From contig JAVEBF010000006.1 in the NCBI GenBank assembly GCA_051941275.1, forward strand, positions 1 through 64,000: a stretch of DNA of 64,000 bases, read 5' to 3'. The position numbers and the translations under genes are program-made. Numbering within the stretch: the first letter of the stretch is position 1; every line of letters starts with the position of its first letter. Origin of the DNA: Dirinaria sp. TL-2023a. Its lineage: Eukaryota. Shown piece after piece: positions 12,363 to 23,400 of the stretch. The notes under the pieces were generated by a model that saw only the letters and a program-made list of their open reading frames with translations, did not search any database and was not told the DNA's origin.

Positions 12363-14178
12363 ATGATCACTAAGAGAGCCGAATTTGAGAACATGGACGA
12401 AAGGGTGGAGGATACCGTTTCTATCAGTTGGCAAGGGCCCGATGACAAAAGAAACCCCAAGAATTGGCCAGCCTGGAGGAAAATGGCGACCGTGAGCGTT
12501 GTAAGCGCCATTGGTTTCTTGACGTGAGGCCCTGACACCTACAATAATCGTTGATTAGGACTGATGACCTGCCTTAGACCTTTCTCCTCCTCCGTATCCG
12601 CACCAGCCGTCAATCAGATTCTCGAAGAATTTCATGAACACAACGAGGTCCTCGCTGGCTTCGTGGTCTCTATTTACGTCTTGGGAAACGCAGTAGGGCC
12701 GATGTAAGAAACCGAAATCACGATTCAGTTGGTGATTTTGCAATTGGCTTTCCCAAAGAAGCAGCACTAAAGCTAATCATCTCTAAATCATAGTTTGTTC
12801 GCTCCTGCTTCCGAGATCTGGGGACGGCTTATTGTATTCCATGTCTGCAATGTCACTTTCGTGGCGTTCAGTATTGGTTGCGCTTTATCAAATTCACTTG
12901 GAATGCTCATGGTATTTCGTTTTCTAGCTGGCTGTGCGGGGTCAGGTCCATTGGCGGTTGGTGGTGGTACCATTGGTGACATGGTTTCTGTGGACAGGCG
13001 TGGCAGATACACTGCTGTTTTCACCGTCGGTGCCCTTCTTGGTCCAATGATCGGACCTGCTATAGGAGGTTATATAACCTCTGGAACCTCCTGGAGATGG
13101 ACTTTCTGGATGGTAGTCGTTGCTGTAAGTTTATGTGCTTATACCCTCCCACAAAGAGAGCCATCGTACCCAAACGGAGGCTTGGGGACCTCTGCACCGG
13201 AGCCGAATCCATTTTAACTTTCATTACCCTAGAAGAACATCTGGCTGATTCATGGATCTAGGGAGGAGCAATAACCATTGTATCATTCGTAACTCTGAGA
13301 GAAACTCACGAACCTACAATCCTTAAGAAGGCAAGGCAGTCTTCTCAACAAGGCGTCAGGGCTTCATTGCAACCAGCCAGACTCGGGCAGGACTCTATTG
13401 CAATCGTGTTTGCGAGAGCGATCTTGAGACCAATGAAACTACTCTTCGGAAGTCCCATTACGCTATCTTTGGCAATGTAGTTTAACATCCCCTAACGAAT
13501 TTGGATGAGGGCTAATCATTTTCAAGCTTTCAGGCCCTAGTCTGGGGGTACATATACCTTATGCTCTCAACGTATTCCATGGTGTTCGAAGGCATATACC
13601 AATTCGATACAGGTAATGCAGGTCTAATTGCAATTGCTCAAGGGATCGGCGCCGGTCTAGCATGGGCTACTTTCGCCAAATATAGTGATAAGATCATGCT
13701 TGCCAGAGCTGCGAAACAGAACGCACCGCCCAAACCTGAATCACGATTAGTATTGATGCTCTATGGCGCTCCACTAGGGCCAATCGGTCTCTTCTGGTAT
13801 GGCTGGTCTGCCCAGGCGCACGTCCATTGGATAGTCCCAGCGATTGGGATAGTGCTGCTTGGAGCTGGGTTCCTATTATCCTCTGTAATTTCCCTTCCCA
13901 ATGGTGAAGCTCTTCTAACAATTTCACAGCTTCCGGGTAATATGTACATGATTGATGCTTTCACCAAATACGCGGCATCAGCATTGGCAGCTACCACCTT
14001 CTTGCGCTCGATTGTTGGCGGGCTGATACCTCTGGCAGGACCCGCAATGTTTTCTGCACTTGGTGTAGGTTGGGGGTCGTCACTACTGGCTTTCATTGCT
14101 GCGGTCTTGTGCGTAACGCCGTACTTGCTGATTCGTTTTGGGGAACGACTTAGAGAAAGATATCCGGTTCAACTGTGA
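12363..14178 (+). CDS. MFS drug:H+ antiporter (DHA1 family), multi-exon
   Basis: WQGPDDKRNPKNWPAWRK, APASEIWGR, FRFLAGCAGSGPLAVGGGTIGD, GPMIGPAIGGYI, WRWTFW, PKPESRL, YAASALAA. The start codon is inferred. Confidence 0.92.
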
Positions 14179-14541
14179 AGCTGTCTCTGCGTTGGCATCG
14201 CAGCTGAAAAGTCTGCAAAAATTCAGCGTATAACGAAATGGGTGGGCGCTGGCATTGCAGATTGATGATCGATTAACGCATGCCTTTGGAGGGTGGTACT
14301 AATGGAAATCGTGTCAGCGCAAAAGGTCTGAGATGGCTATCAACTTAGCATACGCTCTCCGTGAACATGAAGAGAACAGTGTAGGAGCTTTTGATAGCGG
14401 GAATTGCTATGCATAGTATCATTGATCATAGAAAGTGCTCTTTCAATTAGTCTATATGCGCGTGCAAGCTTTCCATCACACCCTTTGTTTGCGCAAAAGC
14501 CTTCTGCGACTGCTCACTAGATCAAGAGACTTGCGAGAAGT

Positions 14542-17500
14542 TCAATATCGAGGAGCCCGTTCTTGACTAATGGTTTTCCGGCTCGCTAGGTCTTTCACGG
14601 CGTAGATCTGCCCAAACAAATCTGTTACGTCCACGAATACCTTAACGGTGTTAATCAGTCTGCACTCAATCTCAGGACATCTCTCTAGCGCTGTCATGGC
14701 ATTGTTGATTCCCTCGCGCTCCCAATCAGCTAGATCCATGAGCCTAGCTTTCATTCTAGCTTCGACAGTCATGTTCTCAGGACTCGATCCAGTGTATTTT
14801 GCAGTCTCCCTGCCAGCAGACCCTGCGGTTGCCATAGATTCCCATGCATCGTCGTCGTCATGAAAATCCGGAAAATTGACACAGTTTAGGTTGCCTTCGG
14901 CAAGATCCCGTTGCAGACTACCATAGTCATTATAGAGTCTACACATTCTTGCCAGATGCCCGCAAAGATCTTCCAAGATGTAGCGTTGCTGTAGACTTTG
15001 TAGGAATGGGGCATGATGCAAAGAACTTGCCAGAGCGAGATAGAGCGTGAAAGAATACGGGCAGGAGGTATGAATCGCTGCACTCTTGTGAAGCCAATCG
15101 CGAAAGGAAGGCACAGCTTTTGTGTCTGCAAAGACAATCGGCTGCCTGTTAGCTGTGCTGCTGTTAGTTGCTTGTTTATACAGGAAAAATCTCCTATTCA
15201 ATTGGGCTTGAGTGAGATGCGCATGCAGAAAGACTCTGAGCTCCTTGCGAATCAATGCATGTACGACATCAGAGACACAAACGTCACCAATAACATCGTC
15301 CACGGATTCTACAAAGCGTTGTAGCTGCTGCGCCATAAGGGACGTCGAAGGCACTATAGTAGGATCAAAGCTTCCGACCTGGTGAAAGGTTTTATAGGAG
15401 GCTGTGTTGGGCTTGTCGCTACTCATGTCGGAAATAGCATCGTCCGAAAGATCCAAGTGCTTATCAGCGCTGATCAGGCTGGAATGTTTCGTGGTCCTAT
15501 TGGATGTGTGCGCACCATCCCTTGCATCCTGATTTTCATTTGGAGAGCCAGGCTCCTCGAGAGAACCGTCGATAATCTTTCGCACAACCGCAACATCAGT
15601 ATGGCCACTTTCATCGAGAACAGATTCCATGAATTCATCCACTTGGAAGTTAAGGACAGACAGACGCATCATAGCGAACATCAATCGTTCTGATAGATTG
15701 CAACCATGCATGTTGTTGACCAAGGCCCAGATGAATGGGATCCACAACACATATTTATCCTTAGACACTGCAGCACGGTCGAATATGGGTCGCCGAGTCT
15801 TATTTAATTTCGATAGCATAAGTTGCCCTTCCAGCCAAGAAGAAACAAGCAGCCACCTAGGCTGCGATTTCAACAGAGGAACTTGCTGAACGAGATCGAC
15901 CATCTTGGCCATACTGCTGTATTCAATGCGGAGAACCTTCGAAATGCGATTTTCCTTCAGGGGGGCGGACTTTGGCGCGTGCTGGGCAGCGATGATGTAT
16001 GCTTTAGAGACATACTTGATACCGTATACAACCTTTTCAACCCAGAGAAATTCAGGCTCGCTCAAGCCATCAGTGGCTTTCAAGTATTCGCGACCGCGAA
16101 GTATGGCGGAATGGACTTGTTGATTGAGCATCGACGCCATTGGAAGACTGACTAGATCCACTAGAGCCAATATCGCGTAAGCTGTCTCCTCGCGAGGTCC
16201 TCTGCAACCCCATGAGCCAGCTTTATTCTGCGAGTGCAGTACGCGACATAGGCATCGGAAGGCTACAATAACGATTTGCTCCGCTACCTCCCAGCTAAGG
16301 AGATCCATGTGTCCTCCTTCCCAGTTCCGGAGAAGCGCGACAAATGCCTGGGCGAGGAGCATAATGGAGTAGTATTCTGAGAGGTTCTATGCATTTGTTA
16401 GCCTAGCTACCAATACATCTTGAATGTCCATGAGCCTACCCATTTGTCCTTGACTGATCCACCTGCATTGAACCACTTGGTCACTACAAAAAGAGAAACT
16501 TTCTCTATCGCGGGGAAAGCGTCAGGGTCATTCTTGATGTCAAGTAACAACGCTAGTAGTAGGCTGCAATTGGCACTGAGGCTTTCACTCCCTTCGTTCT
16601 TGTAGGTCTCAAAGTGCGTCTTGGTCTCGAAGTGCCTCCTCAAATCAGAGGAAGAGCCCGTGTAGCCAAGTAAACTCATGGTTATAGAAGCTATTGCACT
16701 GTCATCGACATCTGGCTGAATGCCGTGGCATAATAGACTAGTCAGCTTGAGGTAAACTAATCTCGAATGTAGAGCATACTGAAGCCCACTAGTCCGCCTT
16801 CAGGGATACATTCTCTCAGCACACAGATTTCGCAGCTATCATCTTGTGCGACATGTTCTATTGTCAAGCAGCTAGCTTTGAGCAGGACCGAGGCTACCTG
16901 TTCAGTCAAGAAAAGTCAGCGCTAGAGCTGGAGAAAAGAGACTCCGTTACTCGTACCCATAACAACTCGAAATTCGTAGACGGGTATGCGCTTGGAACTG
17001 CACCTGACCCCATACCAGCGGCGTTACATATCGTCAGGCGCAGGTAGGCTTCCGCGTCATCGTCCCATGTCTTGCACCGCATTAGGTAAGCTGCAGTCGC
17101 CGAAGGTGATGCCATTACGCTGCCATTGATTAACTGATCACGTAAAACGTCGAACGAAAATTCATCATCGCCGTAGAATGCTTCAATAGAGTGCAGAGCC
17201 GTCGAAGGAATCCTATCAAGCTGGCTTATAGGTAGTTTGGCCACCCTCTTGGCCCTTTTCTCGAACAGCCCCTGTTTCCCATGAAATGAAAAATTAATTC
17301 CCTCCTTATTGAGAAGTTCTAGTAAAGCTGGTACTAAAACCTCGAAGCCAACACTGTAATCACTGCTAGACCGATAGTTTTCAAAGTATCTTGAAAGAAA
17401 CGCTTGTCCTTGGGCTAAACACTCATTGGCTCTGCTCTCCAGCCATCTTAGCTGAAGAGGGTCTTTGACATGCTGTGCGATAGCGAACAAGGCAGCCAAG

Positions 17501-17757
17501 GATGAAATTATTGTACCAGACTTGCATTCCGGAGTGTGCTGAGGTGGCCAGTGCCATCCGCCGTCATTCTGTTGAGAATCAACAATGTATTGAAAGCTTG
17601 AGGGGAAGAGCCATTGTCTAGGTGTTGCCGCTGACTTCTTGGACACGCAGGATATCCAGGCCGTATCATAAATGCTACAGGACATAGACCCAACACCATA
17701 GCCACGCTTGTATTCGGAAAGAAGTGTGCTGAGTAGTCTTGTAGCATCTTCAGCCAT
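14542..17757 (-). CDS. Bifunctional class II/class I diterpene synthase (fungal CPS/KS-type), about 1017 aa, 4 exons
   Basis: SIYDTAW, QW motifs QQNDGGW and QNKAGSW, SPSATAAY, class II DVDD (16701-16712), class I DEFME and NDYGSLQRD. Exons 17757-16957, 16897-16780, 16729-16440, 16386-14542. Intron 2 ends in AT, not AG. Confidence 0.93.
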
Positions 17758-18012
17758 CTTCAAAAAGGATCACACGAGAGTCCCTCCCGTGATCGCATTC
17801 AATTATTTTAAAAAAACGGAGTGGCCGTTGTGATTCGAACCTCAAATAGCAGATATTTAGGACCAGAACCATGGACTGCTAAAAATCACTTGCATTGCAT
17901 TTGGTGAACAGGTATTCATGTGGCGTAGATACTCAGTCTTGCCATACCACCGTCACTTTGGACCAAGACTGACGAAGATGGCGAACCTCACTAGCCTAAT
18001 ATCGATACTGAG

Positions 18013-18040
18013 CTGACGGACTTTTCGAAAGTTCCGTCAG
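18013..18040. promoter_or_regulatory. Imperfect palindrome CTGACGGACTTTTCGAAAGTTCCGTCAG (CGG-N14-CCG), candidate Zn2Cys6 factor site
   Basis: 12 of 14 positions pair. About 255 bp upstream of the diterpene synthase ATG. Confidence 0.45.
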
Positions 18041-19953
18041 ACGCAGTCCCAAAGAGCCAGCCCTGTTATCGAGACAAGATGCAGTATTGGATTGGGGGTT
18101 TCGAACATCGTGCCGCAGCTGAGGTATGGGTTATGCACACAGTGTGCTGCTGCTCCGAATGTAGACTACGAGAGGCAGAGGGCCCATCACACTCCTCGGC
18201 AGATCTTGCAGTTTCATGAGCGTGCGCTGCATTGCCAGCGTTCGCGGAATCAGAGATCCCGATGAGAGCTTGAGTTCTTCCAAGGCCCAAGGACTGTCCA
18301 CTGACTGAGTCGAGGTGATACGTACGCTAGGGCCACGATCGTCATTTTTGAACCCATGAATTATGACATGAGAGGCCGATCGGCTTCTACATTACAGTAT
18401 AGGCATCATTGATCGATCATCCGAGCCAACCCTAGACTTGGACGTATAGTGTGGGTGGACAATCCTGACTCTGGCGATCTTCGGTATTTGAAACCGCTTC
18501 AAGCCAGCTGGAACGGAGGAAGTCTCCCCATGAAGGTACTGGCTGAAGGACAGCGGCAGTGGACTCGGAGCTCCTACAACGGTCATCTAAGCCACACGAA
18601 GAAGGCATCCAGCTAGCACGTTTTCATGGTGTGACGTACAATACCGAAAAATACGTTACTTGGTAAGAGAGCTCGTAAGCCTAAAATAACGATTCTTATT
18701 GGGGATGCTATCGGAATGCTGCAAAGCAGCAAGCCGACTAGGTGCGGTTAGTATGATATTGGAGTGATGCCTGTTGCCGCCTGAAACGAAGACGCTCACC
18801 GCATGTACCATAGGTCATCAGCTAAGAAAACTTTGGCTCGTTTCTCGCTGCACAGTCAAAGCAGGGTTGTAAAACTGTCCCGGCCTGCGTTAGTGTGGAA
18901 CCTCATGTTGGAAATCAATTTCAGACCTCAGACCTCGTCGGTGAAATCACTGCATCGATTGACTACTTAGGAGCATTTTCATGTACATAGAAAGTTCCAG
19001 TTTACATAAGGTAGAGAACCGGAACTTGCGGAGCTTTGCCTAATTAGGTCTAGCGTACTGTCGGACAGAAAGAACCAACAAATACAGCAATAATCATTCA
19101 CCAAAGGAGGGGTCCTCTTTTGGTGCAGTGTGCAAGATATTTGCTGTCTTACACGTACATACAAAACTAGCTCATCAATGAAGATTATGAGGTGCACCAC
19201 ATCGCACATTTCTCAACGATCAACTTGATTTGATAATACTAAGATTAGAATTGCTAGAAGGAATTGGCCCCTTAGATACACATAACCATGCCAAGGCGCT
19301 AGATATAAGCGAAATTTCCAACACCTCATATCCTTGTGAAAGCGACGAAAGAAAGAGACACTGGCAGTTCGCTCACACGACTTTCCGCGTCTCTGACCTT
19401 AGGGCTTGGTGGAACCCTAAAAGCTCGCGAAAGAACAAAATTATGTCGATTTCACAGATTTTACAGTAAGACCTGCATAGGATATGAATCACGTGACATG
19501 GATTTGATGAGGAATATAGGTCTCCAGTGTATCTAGTCCCTAAAGTACACTGAAGGTGAAGTCGCACACATCTATACAGTGTTCTCTAGTCATACTAAGC
19601 TTTGCACTCAATTTATCAAGAATCTAGCGCTTTCAACTTAGGTCCTGATGGGCAGCTTAAGTCATCGAATGGGGAGACATAGTCTACTTCGAAGGGCATT
19701 GCAATGCAGCTATTCGTTCCTTCGGCCGTTCCAGAGAGGATCTCCAGAAAATGGGAAATGACTAACAGTTCGTTGATATGGAGCAACGACGCTTTTAGTA
19801 ATAAAAGAGCCTCGTTCTGCATTGAAGATCATAATATAGAGGCTTACTTCACTATGTTTCCTCCATCGACGTGTCTATCCATTACGAATCCGGTCAGCCT
19901 CGTCTGTTATCTCGTACATACGTTTACGAAGAAATCGATAAGTAATTTGCTTA

Positions 19954-20127
19954 CTCGTATTCACCTACTTTCTTGCCTCACTACTTTCTGGCCAGGGTTA
20001 GGGCTACAGGCTATTTTTTACCCCATTAGAACACCTTCCATCAACCCTAAGTGAAAACTGCGTGTAACCCTAACCCTGGCAAGAAAGTAGGTAAGGTAGG
20101 TGAGGCAAGAAAGTAGGTGAATACGAG
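19954..20127. mobile_element. 174-bp MITE (Tc1/mariner-like) with long TIRs and TA flanks
   Basis: TA|CTCGTATTCACCTACTTTCTTGCCTCAC...GTGAGGCAAGAAAGTAGGTGAATACGAG|TA. The perfect 28-bp terminal inverted repeat extends to about 55/65 bp with one 10-nt indel and 2 mismatches. No ORF. Confidence 0.8.
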
Positions 20128-20447
20128 TATCACCGATAGAACAGAGAAAAGGAAGGACTCGGCTCTACTTGACTCGAAAGTCATCCGTTTAGCAGACTTG
20201 GCTTTTCCTTCTGATTGGCTAGCCCAGGCAGTGATCTCTCCCCTCGTTCCCCTTTATTAGCGTCTTGACATCACATAGGTTTTTCCTTCTTCCTTCCTCA
20301 GATAATTTAACCGGTAATGAATGCAGTATATGCCTCCTCATATACTTCAACAACTTTGCACAAGAAGTACCCTGGCTTACTATTGTACTTTGGTAGAGTA
20401 TGTAACAAGATGTGTAGATCTTATGGCGAGGTGTGCTCATACCTCGT

Positions 20448-23400
20448 TCATAAAACGCCAAACACATGCTCTGAATCATGAATCAACGCCGCATCAACCA
20501 CGCACCGACAACAAAGGCTAAAGCCTTCGCAGGTATTGCAAGTATACTGATCCCCATATATATCCTACTCAGTGTCAGCAGTGCATATATTAACACTTTG
20601 TTCCTCACGAGCTGGCTTACCAATTCACACGCATCGTACTTGATCCCGTCCGCATATAAACCTTGCTCTAAATCGAGGGTTTCAACGCCGGCTTCGGTCC
20701 ATAGGATCTTCTGTAACTTATCCTGACCGAAAAACACTGCTACTCCTAAGGGTGTTCTTCCTTGAGAATCTGAAGAATTTAGGTTAGCTCCGGCACTGAT
20801 GAGAAGCTCGGCTTTCTTCACATCTCCTTTACGGGCAGCCCAGTGCAGGGGAGTCCACCCGAAGTTATCCTTGACGTTGTTTGGTGCGCTAGCTTTGAGA
20901 AGAGCTGCAGTATTAGATATAGAGCCACCCAAAACGGCGTGATGGAGAGCAGTATATCCTTGCAGGTCGCGAGCTTCGGTCGAGGCTCCGAGTTTAAGAA
21001 GCGCAGTTATGTGATGAGACTTCTCGCTCCGTATAAGGCGGTGCAGAATGGTTCTCTGCATTGTGTCTACAGTCTCGGTGCTCACGCCACCATCAACAAG
21101 ACATGTAGCGATATCGACACGATCTTGTATCAGAGCAGCGAGAAGAGGACTTCGAAATTGTCCGCCAGGAACATCCAGTAAGGAAGCGAATGGTACTAGG
21201 ATCTTCACTATCGGTAACTGACCGGCGAAGGACGCGACGTGAAGCACATTGCCGAGATTGCCTAATAGATGTGTAACATCAGTGCCGACCTTCATAAGCG
21301 CCTTGAAAGCTACTGTATGCCCACGGTAGGCAGCACGGAACATTGCCTTTGTTATTCCGTGAGGATCATCCCGAATAGCCGCAATGTTCTGTTCTATCAA
21401 CTCCATGTCCCCTTGGATACAAGCACGATTTAATAGAAACTCGAGGATCTCCTGTCTGCAACCAAAATTTTTGCTCGCTAGAGCAAGTAGCGTCTTAGTT
21501 ACCTTAACGTTCGATGCGTAATCGTCAAAGATGTATTTGATCAACTCATATCCGCTCTTTTCATTCTGTGCTGAGAGTTCAAGAATGGCCTGACTCATTG
21601 ACACCTGATTTTTTGAGCAGTTCATGAGTGTCTGAACTATCTGAACACCACATATTTCATTTTTCACGCTTTCCTTAATGACTTCCTCGGTGATGATTGC
21701 AGTTGGATGTTCTATAAGCCGCTTGATTCTGTCTGGGATTGATAGCACTAGGTCGTCCCAAAAATCTTCGGACCCATATTCAATTCTGCAAATAGTCTTG
21801 AGAGCCTCTTCGGTAATTTCAACAGACCAGCCGCTCTGTATAAGAATTAGCAGAGCTTCCAAGCCGTCGGACCCGCCATTTGCAGCAAGCTTTACTGTCT
21901 CCGCAGTATCGATGACTCCGTCCTGTGGATGACAGAGCAAGTAATCTAAGAGCTTTGGATTTGTTGCGGATGCTTGAAGAAGCTCTTGGTTCACAGTAAC
22001 CTGTATCGAATTCTTCATCATAAGCTCGACTATTTGTCGACCACGCCGGAGGTTTGTCGCTGCAACAAGAGCTATCTCCTGACCCCACGTCGAAGGTTGG
22101 CAGTGTTGAAGTAGGAAGCAAAAGATTCTGGCATCAGAATCCCATCTTCTGGAATAAGTGGAGTCCCAATTTCGAGCTGCGGCCAGAAAGGTCTCTTTTG
22201 ATACGGCCACCTTTCCAATGGACAAGATATATTTAACGAGATCATATCCATGATCATTATTGCCTGCGGCCGCGTCAAGTAGATCCTGGTAATTGGTCGG
22301 CTCCGTGCGGGTGAGCAATCCTTTCATTGGCATTCTAGACTCCCACGCTGCTACCTCTTTCCACAATTCCTGCGTGAGGTTTTCTTCGTTCAGATATCGA
22401 ACCAGCACTTCACTTACTAAACGTGCTAGTTCTGACCATCTCGCCTGATCCGGTGGCTGAAGGAGAGACTTGAAGAAGCTTGCTTTGTCCTTGTTACATC
22501 TTTCCAGTAGATAAGTTAGAGCTTCAAGTCCGGTTCCATATGCTGCAGCCAATAGGTGAGCTGAGACTAGGATGATATTTTGTTTCTCGAAGAGTAATCT
22601 TACTACCCTCGTATCAGTTCTCTTATTTTTCAAGATGGCCAGAATGCTATCGTTGCCCATTTGAGTTACACCAGGTAAGATGATTAACATCTTTAGGACT
22701 TCAAATCCATCAAAAGGGTTTAGAGCAGCGGCGAGAAGAATTTTCTCGGTTACTGGGCAACCAGGTGCATTTTGTAGTAGTATCTTTATAGTCTTCCATT
22801 GCTGGCAGTATGCTGCTCTTTCCAGCATAAGCTCGTTAACCACTACTGCCTGAGGCCAAGAAAGAATAGCTTCAAGTAATGACGGATCGAGGTTGGGGTC
22901 AGATACTGCTGTCATAATCGAAGAGTCGGTCACTTCGGCGGTCGGAAATCTTCGACGGATGAAAGCTATCTGAACCGGCTCAACGAAGGAACAGCTGGTA
23001 ATGGCCCGGTAAATAGCTTCTTCTGGGCGCTTGATTTGATTGGGAAAGCTTAAAAGAACTTCAAGAATCTCTGTACCTAGATGAAAGTTCCCCACGGCCG
23101 TCCGTAAAAGTTGCTCTGTAACCGTTGGCAATGGAAAGCGATCGGTTAACATCTTGAGCATACCGACCCCGCAGTACACATTTCCTACCGTCGCCTGAAA
23201 GACATCCTCTCCAATTTCGTCACTCTCGTAACGAGGCAGGAAGACGCTCATTAGGTAGTCGGCGTAAAATAAAGAGCTCGCAGCAGCTTTCAGCAGTCTT
23301 GAGGTCACAGAGTAGCTCCGACCGTTAGAACAAAGAATATCCAAAATTTCGTCAGAGCCCTGGATCTCCTCACTCGCTCGAACCATAAAATCTTCCGTCA

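Noticed and set aside
2222..17757. Gibberellin cluster identity
   Set aside because: No ggs2 or desaturase is present, while an MFS exporter, a PTH11-like gene and a CYP65-like P450 are. The product cannot be assigned from motifs.
17800..19950. Gap beside the diterpene synthase searched for a GGPP synthase or transcription factor
   Set aside because: No DDxxD prenyltransferase motif or Zn2Cys6 Cys pattern was seen in the ORFs.
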